Program-made: the position numbers and the translations under genes
Shown here: positions 1 to 12,157 of the stretch, piece after piece
Position numbering within the stretch: the first letter of the stretch is position 1
Layout of the letters: each line of letters opens with the position of its first letter
The notes under the pieces: model-generated
Told to the model about the DNA's origin: nothing
What the model saw: the letters and a program-made list of their open reading frames with translations, nothing else
Database searches by the model: none
Source: Savitreella phatthalungensis
Taxonomy: Eukaryota
DNA: 64,000 nt
Direction: 5' to 3'
Assembly (NCBI GenBank): GCA_051599415.1
Contig: AP039706.1
Span: 62,001 to 126,000, forward strand

Positions 1-3000
1 TATGATCCAGACCTCACAAAAGACAAGGCGCGCGGGCCAAAGCCGATACTTCGCTTCGATGGACAGGTGCAAGAGTCTTCCGTAGAAGCAAGAGATCCTC
101 GATCTGGTCCAAACTACGCGAAACGCCAGTCGCGCAATCGGAAAAAGTGTCGGATTGAGTTACACCGGATTCCAGCGACCGATGCGCTGTTCGCGAAGCT
201 CGGGCCGGCAGGCGCAACAGCCGTCGTAGTCTCAAATCTCTCGACACTGTCTACAGTGACCGACATTGGCAGCTTCTTCCGCACGTACGGCAGCGTTGCG
301 CGAGTTGATCTAAAGGTTCATCCTACAACGGGAGCCTCGCTCGGCATCGCTCGAATCTCTTTCAAAAAGCAAGGAGAGGAGCAAGCAAAAGCCGCCGAGG
401 CCGCTAAGCAGGCTGCAGAGAAGGGCAACAAGCAGAAGCTAGGAGGCAATGAGCTCGTCGTGGCTCTGGACGAATCAAGCGAGATCTGTGAAGTGCTCGT
501 TAAAGAGGCCGTTGCAAAACTCGACGAGGCTGCGAAAAAGCGTGCACGGGAGCTGCCCCCTCCTCCTGCTCCTGCATTGCCGCAGAGACCGAGGTCGCCC
601 GCAGCAACCTCCAACAAGCGCTCACTAGATGAGCGAGATGGCCGACGCGCCTCCCAGCCGCCTGTTTCGACGTCATCAGAAGCTCGTAAAGAAAGAGAAG
701 AAAGGACTCGACATGATCGCTCTCCGCCACGATCTTCTCAGGCAACCAAGCCGCGTCTGCCAAGTCGAGGCTTGACGCGAAGAGAGGTGATCGATCGACT
801 AGGTCTGCGAGCGTACATCTTTGTCGATCGATCCGACCTGCCGTTCTCACGTTGTCATCCGCAAGACCTCGATAGACACCTGACAGGCCGTGGAGTCCGC
901 GAAGTCTTCTCGGACGAAAACGGTTTCTACATCACATTCGCTGAGCAGATCGATGCTGACCGATGCATGCGAAAGTATGACCGGACGACCTTCATGGGAT
1001 ACCGCCTGCGCATGGAGCTACACGGTGCGAAGCCAAGCAAGTTGTCGAGCAAGGGTTCCCGTGAGGCTGATCAGAAGCCCCTTCTGTCAAATGGTTTTAA
1101 GCGAGCATTTGCGCCGGTTGACGCAGTTGCCGAGGCCACATCGCAGATCGTGCGAGAGCTTCAGGAGACCTTCCTGAGGGATGTGCGGAGTCGCATCGTC
1201 GCGCCTGCTCTACTCGAATTCTTGACGCCTCCTGTTTTACTCAAGCAGGAGAATGAGAAGGCCGTAGCCTCGCAGGCAGCAGCTTCGACAGCTCCAACCA
1301 ACAACGACAGCGGTGGCGATATCAAGCTGTCGCATGTCCTCGGCTCGATTCCGCGCTTCCGCAAGAAGACAAGCACGAAAGTGAAGGAGGCCGAGCGTGC
1401 TGCTGCGGTCGGACGAATGCGTGGTAGACTCGACCATCATGCGCTCTATGGCGATTCGTCTGACGAGAGCGACGACGGCGCGGATCCTCCCGCAGCGCCA
1501 AGCAGCGACAGGCGCAGCGAGCGGATGTCATCGGTCGCGCCGAGCGAGGCAGACATGTCTCCGCCACCTGCACCGGTCTCTGCAAGGCAAAAGAAGCTTA
1601 AACTGCCGCGCTCGTCTGCCGACCTTGAGACTTCCGTCCCTTCATCCCCGCTCATCAAGTCCGAACCTGCCGAGCCAGTCGATGCGAAGAGCATCCCTTC
1701 CGACCGTCGTCCACGCGTCGATTTTACATCGAGTGAAGAAGAAGAGTCCGGCGATGATCAACCGGGAAAGCCTCAAGTCAAGGACGAGATCAAGGCAGAC
1801 GTCAAGCCCACTAAGCCTGTCACACCAGGTGTCGTCGTCAAGAAGGCAAAGCCCGCGAAGGCTGCGAAGAAGACCAAGGAGCGAGCTGTCAAGGTCGAGT
1901 CAGAAGACGTCACCATGGCGGACGCTGATGCCGACAAGGAAGAGCTCGAGTCCGAATCCGAGGATGAAGTCAAGTTTGTCGACACCGGCAGCGAAGATCC
2001 GAACGGTTTCCTTTCTGAAGAGTACCCCGTGGACGAGCCGCAGATTGTGCTTGATCTCGCCGGCATCCAGGAATCTATCAAGGACGATGAGGATATGTCC
2101 CTTCTCCGTGCTGCACTCGAAGACGTGCCGGAGAATACGCAGATTAAGGATCTCGATCTGTGGGCGTGGCAGCAACGAAGTCTGAGGTCGAAGCTGGACG
2201 ACCCCGCAGAGAGGGACTCCCATTCGCAACCGCGATCGACCTTGAACGAGCGCGTCAACAAGACAGGCAGTGCTCGATCAGAAGGTATCTACAAGATTTC
2301 AGACCTCGACAAGTCACTGTACCTGCCGAACCGAAACAGAGCGGTGGTTGCCGATGCCGGCCTCGCCGCGCATTCTTCTACGAGTGGACATCTGACCAAT
2401 AATACGAACGGGCAACCTGCTCCGACGACGAACACTATCGCCGCTCCTGGTACGACCTCCTCGACTGCCGCCGCCAGCTCAGGTCGAATGAACCGTGCCA
2501 ACAATCGTCGACAGGCAGCTGGAATCGACGCCGTCCAACGCGCCACCTTGGAACTCGTCCAGTCTGACCTTCTCCGCTTCAACGCCCTCAAGTCTCGCAA
2601 GAAGAACCTGAAATTTGCGCAATCGGCTATTCATGACTGGGGTCTTTACGCTCTCGAGCCTATCGAGCGTGGGGACATGGTGATCGAGTATGTTGGAGAG
2701 ATCATTCGGCAGCGTGTGGCTGATCACCGTGAGAAAGGGTACGAGAGGCAGGGTATCGGGTCTTCGTACCTGTTCCGCGTTGACGAGGACACGGTGATCG
2801 ATGCGACAAAGGCTGGCAACGTCGCTCGCTTCATCAACCACTCGTGCGACCCATCCTGCACTGCCAAGATCATCACCGTCTCGAACCACAAGAAGATCGT
2901 TATCTATGCCCAGCGAGACATCGCGCCAGGTGAAGAAATCACCTACGACTACAAATTCCCACTGGAAGACGTCAAGATCCCTTGTCTCTGCGGCTCAGCT

Positions 3001-3024
3001 ATCTGCCGAAAGTACCTCAACTAA
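1..3024 (+). CDS. SET1: Histone H3K4 methyltransferase Set1 (COMPASS), 5'-truncated by the window edge
   Basis: The frame is open from base 1 (YDPDLTKDK..., resembling the N-terminal YDP motif of Set1). It has an RRM, an N-SET region (GSARSEG...R.NRANNRR), a SET domain ([26 protein letters not shown]) and a post-[16 protein letters not shown]. Confidence 0.97.
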   Translation, partial: YDPDLTKDKARGPKPILRFDGQVQESSVEARDPRSGPNYAKRQSRNRKKCRIELHRIPATDALFAKLGPAGATAVVVSNLSTLSTVTDIGSFFRTYGSVARVDLKVHPTTGASLGIARISFKKQGEEQAKAAEAAKQAAEKGNKQKLGGNELVVALDESSEICEVLVKEAVAKLDEAAKKRARELPPPPAPALPQRPRSPAATSNKRSLDERDGRRASQPPVSTSSEARKEREERTRHDRSPPRSSQATKPRLPSRGLTRREVIDRLGLRAYIFVDRSDLPFSRCHPQDLDRHLTGRGVREVFSDENGFYITFAEQIDADRCMRKYDRTTFMGYRLRMELHGAKPSKLSSKGSREADQKPLLSNGFKRAFAPVDAVAEATSQIVRELQETFLRDVRSRIVAPALLEFLTPPVLLKQENEKAVASQAAASTAPTNNDSGGDIKLSHVLGSIPRFRKKTSTKVKEAERAAAVGRMRGRLDHHALYGDSSDESDDGADPPAAPSSDRRSERMSSVAPSEADMSPPPAPVSARQKKLKLPRSSADLETSVPSSPLIKSEPAEPVDAKSIPSDRRPRVDFTSSEEEESGDDQPGKPQVKDEIKADVKPTKPVTPGVVVKKAKPAKAAKKTKERAVKVESEDVTMADADADKEELESESEDEVKFVDTGSEDPNGFLSEEYPVDEPQIVLDLAGIQESIKDDEDMSLLRAALEDVPENTQIKDLDLWAWQQRSLRSKLDDPAERDSHSQPRSTLNERVNKTGSARSEGIYKISDLDKSLYLPNRNRAVVADAGLAAHSSTSGHLTNNTNGQPAPTTNTIAAPGTTSSTAAASSGRMNRANNRRQAAGIDAVQRATLELVQSDLLRFNALKSRKKNLKFAQSAIHDWGLYALEPIERGDMVIEYVGEIIRQRVADHREKGYERQGIGSSYLFRVDEDTVIDATKAGNVARFINHSCDPSCTAKIITVSNHKKIVIYAQRDIAPGEEITYDYKFPLEDVKIPCLCGSAICRKYLN

Positions 3025-3188
3025 ATCGCAGTCTTCATGGATTCCTCTCTGGTGCAATTCTGCAACATATTTCATGGAGTTCTGGAGGCATCAGCAACGT
3101 TGTCATACATATCTTATACTCTACAGATGATTCCGTGCTCTCGTGCGTTCCTTTCGTTCATGCAAGTCCGTCCTTTGTGTGCACAGCC

Positions 3189-4016
3189 TCATGTTACGGT
3201 GACTGAAGCGAGTGGGAATGGCAGCTTGCCTCGGTACAGGATGACAGGAATGACGGTAGTGGTTGTGGTGGCGAGTCTCGTGACTGGCTGTGAGGTCTCT
3301 ACAGCTGCGCCGTCTGCTGGCCTGACAAGATGCAGCCGGGTGATCGCATCAGCGCCACCAGACGTACTATTGACATTCTTCACGCCAATCTCGCGAGCGA
3401 CCGCATCCAACGCCCTCCCCACACTCCAGTCCCGATCAACCCAAGTCGACCTGCCCTTCACCACGCCCCCGTCCACCGACCCGTCCATATAACCCACTCG
3501 CACCCACACACGCCGATCCACGCCGATCTTCACGTCACCACGAGCCTCCTGCTTCCAAGCAGCGGCCACCTTCGCAGAGCTAGCACTCCGACCGCTTCGG
3601 AACAACCCGGTGGTCGGTGGCGTCACCGTGGACGTCTTGGCGGCTCCACCGGCGACCGTTCTCCGGAACGTGTCTAGCAGGGACTTCGCCTTGTTGTTTG
3701 TGGTGGTTTGTTGTTGGCGGCGCGCTGCGTGGTCGTTGACGATCGGTCTGGTTGCGCGGGCGACGTGCTCTGCCTGGAGTTGCTTGAGCGACGGTCCTGT
3801 GAAAGCGGGCTTGGTCGCCGGGGTGGGTGCAGCGGTGGTGGTGGAAGGAGGTTTGCAGGTGTGAGTATCGACTTTGGCGTGATCCAGGCAGAAGCTCCCG
3901 CCACACCGGGCACATCGGAATGGCAGAAAGTCCTGCCGGTGGCATGCGCTACACCGTGCACCGATACTCTCGAGCGCGCTGTCCATCCCTAGGTCCTCCT
4001 TTCTCTGAGCAGCCAT
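3189..4016 (-). CDS. CUZ1: AN1-type zinc finger protein (Cuz1/ZFAND1-like) with a putative C-terminal ubiquitin-like domain
   Basis: AN1 finger IGARCSACHRQDFLPFRCARCGGSFCLDH...H.C and a C-terminal WSVGRALD.VA motif. First in-frame ATG at 4016 (alternative 3986). Confidence 0.85.
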   Translation of the reverse strand: MAAQRKEDLGMDSALESIGARCSACHRQDFLPFRCARCGGSFCLDHAKVDTHTCKPPSTTTAAPTPATKPAFTGPSLKQLQAEHVARATRPIVNDHAARRQQQTTTNNKAKSLLDTFRRTVAGGAAKTSTVTPPTTGLFRSGRSASSAKVAAAWKQEARGDVKIGVDRRVWVRVGYMDGSVDGGVVKGRSTWVDRDWSVGRALDAVAREIGVKNVNSTSGGADAITRLHLVRPADGAAVETSQPVTRLATTTTTVIPVILYRGKLPFPLASVTVT

Positions 4017-4555
4017 CCAAGGCGACAACGCTTTATACCATGACGAGAGTATGCAGGCGGGAGTTGTATGACGCAAGCCGCTGACCCGCACCTAAGGCGA
4101 GGACGGACGTTACGCGTCGCTGCAATTTCAAAGCTTCTCGACACTTCCTCATGTGATCACGTGAACATCAACATTTTTACACGTACACGTGCTTGTGCTT
4201 CCGGTCAAGCTCAATTCCACCCCGACGTCACCGCAAGCTGTCCTGCGACCTAAAAGCACCACCGTCATTCCTTCAGGGTCCTTCAGACAGTCTCGTCCAA
4301 CAGAGATCCTTTCTATCCAAGACGGCCTCTCCACCACCTTCTCGCCCGCGCCCGCCGAGCTTCTTAGGCTTTGCGGCGATCTTGGTCTGCGGCTTCGGCA
4401 TCTTTGCATACGTCTCTCAGCAACAGGCGTCCACCTCGACCCTTTCATCCTCCGCTCGACGTGAACGGAACCAATTCCGAACGGCCGGGGTACTTCCGAA
4501 CGCGAAATACGATCCCGACTCTGTCGATCCTTCTCGGAGACCATAACACACCACG

Positions 4556-5173
4556 ATGGCGCCGATCTCGACGGACGACGCGACAGTCATCTTTGTCCTT
4601 GGTGGGCCTGGTGCAGGCAAGGGTACTCAGTGTGGAGCGCTTGTGAAGGAGCGCGGGTTCCACCACCTGAGCGCAGGCGACTTGCTCCGCGCAGAGCAGA
4701 AGCGCGAAGGCTCCCAAGTCGGAGCGATGATCAAGAAGTACATCACCGACGGCGAGATCGTCCCGCACGCCGTCACGATCGGCTTGCTGCGTGACGCGAT
4801 GGCTGAGATTGTGGAGAAGGAGGGGAAGGCGGAGAGGCCTGTGAGGTTTTTGATTGATGGGTTCCCGCGGAAGATGGACCAGGCGATCGAGTTTGAAAAG
4901 TCGGTTGTCAAGTCAGAGTTCACAATCTTCTTCGATTGCTCGGAGGAGACGATGTTGAAGAGGCTACAGAAGCGGGGGGAGTCGTCAGGTAGGGATGATG
5001 ACAATCTCGAGAGTATCAAGAAACGGTTCAGGACGTTTGTCGAGACGTCGATGCCTGTGGTCGAGTACTTCGAGAAGCAGGACAAGGTGGTCAAGATCAA
5101 TTGCGAGGCCGCTGTCGAGCAAGTGACGGAACAGGTGCTCACTGCAGTCGACCATCGTCTCGGCAATAAGTAG
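4556..5173 (+). CDS. URA6: UMP-CMP (uridylate) kinase
   Basis: Adenylate-kinase-family motifs VIFVLGGPGAGKGTQC, HLSAGDLLRAE, FLIDGFPR and RDDDN, matching the Ura6 subfamily. Confidence 0.95.
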   Translation: MAPISTDDATVIFVLGGPGAGKGTQCGALVKERGFHHLSAGDLLRAEQKREGSQVGAMIKKYITDGEIVPHAVTIGLLRDAMAEIVEKEGKAERPVRFLIDGFPRKMDQAIEFEKSVVKSEFTIFFDCSEETMLKRLQKRGESSGRDDDNLESIKKRFRTFVETSMPVVEYFEKQDKVVKINCEAAVEQVTEQVLTAVDHRLGNK

Positions 5174-5247
5174 AAACCTTCAAGACCAAAAAATCACACA
5201 GATAATCACACGCTGCATGCTGCTGCAGCTACAAAATTCCTCTACAT

Positions 5248-6174
5248 CTAGCCCTGCTTTGGACCTACCTTGAGTGGAGGGTCGAATGCCCTGTATGAGA
5301 TTTGGACGCTGGCGACTGCTCCGATGGCGATGATGAGGATTGGGACTAGAAGGATGAATGCCATGTATCCCATGAAGATGCCTGGTGTGAAGTACTGGTA
5401 CCTTGAGAAGAGTCCTCCCTTGTTGTCGGTGTTTGTGCCGTTTGACCGTCTTGCGGTGGTTGAGTCGAAGGTGTCCCTGGATCTGCGGAAGCTGCCTCCG
5501 GGCGCAGCTGCTGGCGGCGGCGTCGAGACGTACACCAGGTTGTTCTGCTTCCGCGGCAAGCTCCGCAGAAAACTCGTCAGGAAGGCACCGTTGTCGGCAA
5601 GCGTCATCTGCCGAGCGTCACTCGACATCGGCAGGCTTGGCAATGTCACCACCACCACCCGCTTCGCGCCCTCACTGATTTTCCCCTCGTTTCCACTCTC
5701 ACTCTCAGTCCCACTCTCGTTCTCGTACTCGTCGAAGACTGGGTGGGACATGGATCCGCCATCGACTTGGTCTTGTACGAGTGCGGCGTCGCAGTGTGTT
5801 GCCAGCTTGGTTGCTAGTTCTGCCGGGTCGATGTCTCCGTGTCCGTAAGGCACAAGGAATGTGTGTGCTGCGTTGTTGACGAGTTTTTGGATTCCGCTGT
5901 TGTCTCCTGTGGACGAGAGGTCGGATGCGTGGATCGACGGCTGGACTGCGACGACCGTTGTCAGCACACTGCAGTCCACCTGTGCCAACACGGACGACTG
6001 GAATGATGCACCGGATTGGACAGTGCTGCCATGCCGGCGTCCGGAGCTGTCAGACGAGGAGGAGAATAGACCGAGCGGTTGTTGGTGCTCTTGTGTGGAG
6101 AGGTAGATCAACGGGGATGTATCCTCGAAGCCGTATGCGCAAGCTGCTAGCAATGCGATCGAGCTCAGAAGCAT
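5248..6174 (-). CDS. V-ATPase assembly/accessory protein of the Voa1/Big1/Ac45 (ATP6AP1) type
   Basis: N-terminal signal peptide followed by DTSP; C-terminal GGLFSRYQYFTPGIFMG plus a TM helix and ISYRAFD, typical of the Ac45-VOA1 TM region. Confidence 0.8.
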   Translation of the reverse strand: MLLSSIALLAACAYGFEDTSPLIYLSTQEHQQPLGLFSSSSDSSGRRHGSTVQSGASFQSSVLAQVDCSVLTTVVAVQPSIHASDLSSTGDNSGIQKLVNNAAHTFLVPYGHGDIDPAELATKLATHCDAALVQDQVDGGSMSHPVFDEYENESGTESESGNEGKISEGAKRVVVVTLPSLPMSSDARQMTLADNGAFLTSFLRSLPRKQNNLVYVSTPPPAAAPGGSFRRSRDTFDSTTARRSNGTNTDNKGGLFSRYQYFTPGIFMGYMAFILLVPILIIAIGAVASVQISYRAFDPPLKVGPKQG

Positions 6175-6502
6175 CTTGGGTAAAGCGCAACTGCGAGCCA
6201 GAGGAAAAGACTTATCACTTGTACAAGCTGCGCTGGTCTACTGGGCGGACGTGGACGTCGGTACTGGTATGGAAAGTTGGTTATGTGGTGAGGACGTCGT
6301 CATTAAAGGTAGCTAGTTAATTGTGAATGTATGCTTACGTGCACGTGCAATTTTGATAAGATCATACTCAGATGCACACAGTCGGTACTTCTTGTTGTCT
6401 ACAGAATTCGAGTCACCCTTCCTGGTCTTTGAGGAGGTTAGAAACATCGATACCATGACTGCTTCTAACGATGATATTGTCCACTTTATCTCTCTTGCCC
6501 TG

Positions 6503-7549
6503 CTACTGCCTCTTCTTGTTGCTTCCGCCCGACTTGACTCGCCGATTGCCTGATGGTGTGACGATGGTTTCTCGGTTGCCTGCGTCTTTGATCTCGTGGA
6601 TGATTTCGCGGTCGGTGTTGTGGTGTGCTGAGGATGCTGCCTGATCGTCTAGGTTGTCTGGTGGGAGACTGATGAATCTGCCGATGGTGACGCGGTAGAG
6701 GACGACTGGGATCCTGACTAGGAGTGACCTGCTGAAGCTCGCTGGTGGGACCTGTGACAGATCGAGCAGGATTCTCTGCGACTGCGCGCTCGACGATGGG
6801 TCAGGCACGAAGTAGACCTGCCCGGAGGGTTCGACGTCAAACACCCTGCCCGTGTGGCTTGACTGGACGCGCTTGGTCCGTGCAATCCCCTTCGCGTACC
6901 CCGCTTCCGCATACGCATCGTCAATGTGCGCCTGGATCCGGCCTTTGTGCGACCTGGCAGCCATGGCGATCGCCAGGTAGTGGAACCCGGCAATCACGAA
7001 GAACAGCAGTCCCAGAACAGCTCCAAGCCCAGGTCTGTACCGTGAGTAATAGTACCCGGTGCCCTTCCTGCAAGTCACGTTAGTGATGAGCTCAAAGCAA
7101 TTGGGAGCAGTTCTGGGATGGAGCACTGGTGGACTTACCATGCGGGGAACCCGTTGTTGTAGAAATGGTCATAGCGTTCTCTGACTTCTGGTGTTCTGAG
7201 CATCTTGACGATGAGACCGAGTCGCTCGAATCGCTTCTGGGCGTTTGGCACGCCGATGTTCTTGTCTGGGTGCATGGTGAGGGAGAGTTTCCTGTACGCG
7301 CGCGAGACTTCGTCCGTAGTCGCGCGTGAGGAGATGTTGAGAAAAGAGTAGAAGGTCGTGTTGACGCCTTCTGCTGTCTTGAGAGCCCTATCAACATCGA
7401 AGATCTCGTCTGGAGAACAAGGTTAGTTCGACACGTTTCGGCGGATTGTTGTTGCCTGGGAAAAGGTGATACTTACAGTCCTGGTTGGACCAGCGAGCCA
7501 TGACGCCAGCTATCAAGCATAGCAAGACTCCTACCACACTCGTCCTCAT
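6503..7549 (-). CDS. ERJ5: ER DnaJ-domain co-chaperone (Erj5-like), 3 exons: 7549-7477, 7409-7139, 7067-6503
   Basis: Spliced by hand. Signal peptide MRTSVVGVLLCLIAGVMA, then WSNQDYEIF, a J domain with YRKLSLTMHPDKN, then [28 protein letters not shown] and a TM helix. Both introns are GTAAGT..CTAAC..CAG. Confidence 0.9.
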
Positions 7550-8034
7550 GCTTCTGCTATGTGCTCTTCCCTTTGAGACTTGAAGTGTCTACAAGGCAAG
7601 TAAGACACCGTCTGTGTTAAGTGAAATATGATGTCTGTTCGCGTTTCCTAATTCGTGCGTACATGCGAGCGAGCGTCAGCATGCATTCACTGTTCAAGAC
7701 AATCAAAGTCGAGCACGTACACACACAAGGGACAACGAAAGGAAAGTCATCAGCAGGCATTGAGAAGAGTCGAGTAATATGGTCATCAAGTCATCATCCA
7801 TTGAAGAGAGAGAGAGAGGGAGAGGTAGAGTGTGAGGAATGCGAGAGGAAGAGGAATGGGACAGCCGGATCAACATGCTGATGAAGAATGGAGAAAAGTG
7901 ATCCGACTTGCCCACAAGATGTCTCAGCTTCCTGCTGCTATACAAATTGCGGTTGGAGTTGGGGAGGAAGGCGGAGGAGGTGGGCGATTGGGTCGTGTAT
8001 CGGGCAGGGGCAGACTGGGCAGGGATAGTGAGCA

Positions 8035-11000
8035 TCAAGCTTTCTCCGCTACTGCTGGAGTACTGCTGCTGCCACTACCGCTGCCGCTACCACTGCTGTT
8101 TTGTTTAGGTCGTGGACTGTTGGAGACTCTCTGGAGAGAAGAGTTCGTGGTGCTGGAGGAGGCTGCCGAGACGCCTGTGGCTGTCGGTGTCTGCTGTGCA
8201 GCCTGCACCTGCGCTTGTTGCGACGCTTGTCGCTGGGCAGCTTGACCAGCAGCCTGCTGTTGCTGCTGTAGGCGTTGCTGCTGTAGGACCTGTGCTTGCA
8301 ATTGCGCTTTTTGCTGCTGCGTGAGTTGCTGGAGCTGTACCGCGGTCAATTGAGGCGATCCGCGAGTCTGGCCTGCGGCGATACCATTCGCACCGGCAAC
8401 TGCACCATTCGCAGCACGAGCCTGTTGCTGCTGCTGCTGCTGCTGCAGAAGTAGTTGCTGCTGTTGAGGTGTCGAGGTGCCTGCGGCTACGGCAGCTTTC
8501 GCTTGGGCGAGCTGGTATCGCTGTGCTGCTTGAAGCTGCGCATGCTGCTGCTGAAGCTGCTGCTGAACGTTACCGTTGGGGACGACGACGCCTCCATTGA
8601 CGGCCATAGGCCCTCCGGAAAGTCCTTTCGCTTGGCGAGCCTGTTGAATGAGAGCCTGGAGCTGTTCTTGCGTGAGACGCGTGCCAGGCGGCAGTCGAAG
8701 CGATTGTGCAAGCTGATGGGCGGGGCTGCCGTTTGCCAGCGCTGCCGTACCAGGTCGTGGTGGCATCTGGCCAGCGAGGGAAGGACGACCGTTCGCACCA
8801 GTTTGCACAGGACGTCCTTGAGCAACGGGAGTCTGAGCTCCAACAACCTGCTGCTGCTGTTGCTGTTGCTGCTGCTGTTGTTGCTGTTGCTGCTGAGCGA
8901 GCTGAGCACGTGCTGCTTGCTGGCGCATTAGCGCAATCTGCTGCGGCGTCAGAGCCTTGTTGCCGACTGCAACCTGGGCCGCTACACCGGCGGGTGTTCC
9001 CTGTCGGTTCTGCTGAGCAGCAGCTGCAGCCGCGAGCTGAGCAGGAGTCAACCGAGGTGACGCGCCGTTTTGAGGCGTGTTGATAGAAGCAGCCGCTTGA
9101 GCCACAGCTGCTTGGACCTGCGCCGCAGAAGGCTTTGGTGTGCCCTGAGTTGCGGATCCTGCACTGCCAGAACGATTCGCTGCCGCTGCCGCTGCTGCGG
9201 CCGATTGTTGCTGTTGTTGAGCGACGGTGGCTTGCTGCTGCTGTGCAGCTTGCTGTTGCTGCTGCTGCTGCTGTGCCGCCTGCTGCTGTTGCTGTTGCAA
9301 GAGGAGCTGCTGATTCTTCGACTCGATGAAGGCGCGCGCAATTTGCTGATCCCGCTCGTACTTCATCTGTGCTAGTTGTCCAGGTGTTGGAACGACTGGA
9401 GGTGTCTTATGGTGCTCGGCATTGGCAGCTTTCTTTGGCACGACAGTCGGCTTCACACTGTTCTCACGCTTCCGTTGAACCTTCCTCATAGCATCGAGCA
9501 TTGTGAAGTGTCTTGCCTTAGGTGAGTAGAGTTGATGCGACTTTGGCAACTGGTAGACACGCTTAGGAGCATGACGATCAGCTTTGGGAGCTTTGATCAT
9601 ATCGTCCACTTTTTGTTGAACGAGACGGGCATGGGCGCCAGTGAAGATGACATCGTTGGCTCGTGGATCAATGTGGATCCAGCGCTCGAAGCAGTCCCAA
9701 GGCGTCTTGCGCTCGGCCAGCGGGAACATGACGTTGGCCGGTGTGATTGCCTGGGCGACAAAGTCCCAATTGTACTGATATTCGACCAAGAGGGCAAGCA
9801 AATGGTCATCAAGATCTTGTGTCCAGACCACTTTTGGGCGTGTCTCAAGATTGGCAGGCGGCAGCGGTGGCCTGAGTGTCAGGCTGAGCTGCGAAGAGCG
9901 ACGGCGTGCGAGTGCAGCGCCAGAGCTCTCGATAGTACCGTCTGGACCGGCGGGCGACACGAAGCTGTCTTGCAGTCGTGGACGCTTTGCTGGTCGGACG
10001 TGCACAGGTGTCGTGGCGTACATTGATGTGAGCACCATGGGGACGTCGTCGAGCGGGTCAACAAAGATGTCCTCAGTCGGTCGCGGCGGAGCGTAGACAG
10101 GTAGATTTGGGAGGATGCTGGCGCCCGGGTTCTCGCCGAATTCGTATAGGTATGCACACGTTTGATCGTATGGGAGCTGGAAGACGTTGGCAGGTTCGTC
10201 GGTGGTCGACAGAGGTGGACTCTGCGGTGCAGCCCTATCGCTCAAGGTTGCGTCGTCGAAGCGACGAGCCAAAACTTTTGCAAGGCTAGACGCTTCATCG
10301 TGTGCATCAGGCGGTGTGGGCGGATGATAGTGGATATCAGACATCTCAACATCCTTCTCGCGACTGACAGGAATCAGTTCCTCCACAGGTCCTGACTCAA
10401 TTTGTGGGACAGGTCGTGTTCTGACAACGAGTGAGGCCTTATCATCTGACAGATGCCACTCCCGCACAGCATGAGCGAGCTTGTATGCAGTAGCAACCTT
10501 CCATTTGCGCTCTTCGCGGAAATCAGTCCGCATCCAGCGCATCTCGTCCAGCATATAATCACGGTGGGCTTTGCGGCGGGGCGCGCAACGTTGGCGCTCT
10601 GGCTGACGCAGCGACCACTTATTGGCCTTCTTCAGCTGACTGATGCGCTCGATGGCATCGGTGAAGCGCTTCTCCTGCAAGGCTGTTGTCCAATCCTGCG
10701 TGGTGACGACTTTGTTGGCGCCTTCAAGCACGTCGAAAAGGGGGAAGGCGAGGGCGTCCAGCCTCCAGGAATCGAGATCGACAGGTTTGATCTCAAAGGA
10801 CGGCTCTTGTTGAACGATTGCCGACTGGAGCGCCGCAACTTGCTTGCGCAGCTGAGCGATGCGGACGGCATTGGGTGTGGATGGCACCAGTGATGGGGAT
10901 TGGCGCTTCTCAGGTGATTGCTGCGAAGCTGGCGCAGAGGTCGCTGGCTGCTGTGGAACAGGAGATGGCGTGGATTTATGCTCGATTGACTCGCTATTTG

Positions 11001-12157
11001 GTAGATCTGTCATGCTGACGTCCGCTGGCTCCGAGGAGATAGGATCAGAGGAAAGAGCAGCTGCTGTGGTGGTTGACGTAGACGATTCCTGCTTTTGAGA
11101 GATCTCGGCAGGCTCATCCTGCAACAGGGAAGCCTGTGCGATTTCTGCGTCATCGGTCGAGGCTGCATCCTCGTCCGCCTCGACACTACCACCTAAATCA
11201 GCAGCTGCGGCAGCGTTGGCAGCGACGTCCGGATCAGCTTCAGATTGAGCCTCTCCAACTTGGACGGCGCTTGCTTCCGGTTCGGCATCCACAGCATCAT
11301 CAGCCACGTCGACAGGCTCCTCCTGGATCGAGACGCCTGCGCCTGCTGTTCCCTGAGTGAGTTCGACTTTGACATCTGAATGTTCCGGTAGGCGAGCCTC
11401 ATCCTGCTGCTTGTCGTCCTCTAGCAATACCTCGACTGTCTCTTCGCTGTGAGGCTCGGTGGCGAGTTTGATTAATTCTTCCTGAGGATCAGCTCCAGCT
11501 GTTGTCGGTGCGGTCTTGAGGAGAGCAACGTCATCAACGGCTGTGAGTTCAACTTTCGGTAGGGTTGCAGGATCAAAGCGCCGGAAGGTATCCTTGGTCA
11601 CGGGGACAGCACTAGAAAGGAAATGGAGGTCAGTATCAAGATGCGTGCATCTGAGCCCGTCGACATCCTCGGTCTGTGTGACCTAGGACTAGAGGTGTAA
11701 GCACGGGAAGGGGTGTAACGATCAAAATCCAGGAAAAGGAGTAAGAACCAGAGAATCAGAAGATCCACGTGATTTTCGCAGGGTTTTTGATTTTCGAACT
11801 CCCCGATTTCCTCGTGATCTTCAATCCCCCCCCCTTTAATGTCGGCCGGGTGAAAATTTTTCTTTACTTACGCGTCTGAACCGTTTTCCTCGAGGAAATT
11901 GCCTAGTTGTGTTGCGTCTGATTGTTGCCTAGCGATGCCGTCCTCACCCTCGTACTCCTGAGGTACGTCTGCGTACCTGCAAAGGAAGAAAAGCTCAGTC
12001 AAGAGCTTCTTCCGGAGTGCGAGGGCTTGCTCGAGCTTGCCTGCCGCCAGAATTGGATTTTTTGAGCTGGATTTTTTGTCAGTCGTGGTCGCTAGAGTCG
12101 TCTGAACACATACCTGGCGTTTACGAGTGGTTCAGGCTCGGCATGGTCCCTGCGCAT
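8035..12157 (-). CDS. EAF1: NuA4 scaffold subunit Eaf1/Vid21, 3 exons: 12157-12114, 12066-11872, 11611-8035
   Basis: HSA domain (WSLRQPERQ...DYMLDEMRWMRTDFREERKWK), SANT/Myb-like domain (WTQDLDDHL..YQYNWDFV...ERKTPWDCFERW) and a Q/A-rich tail. Upstream exons join in frame via GTATGT..CTGAC..CAG and GTAAGT..CTGAC..TAG introns and give RKKLLTELFF...FLEEN. Confidence 0.9.
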
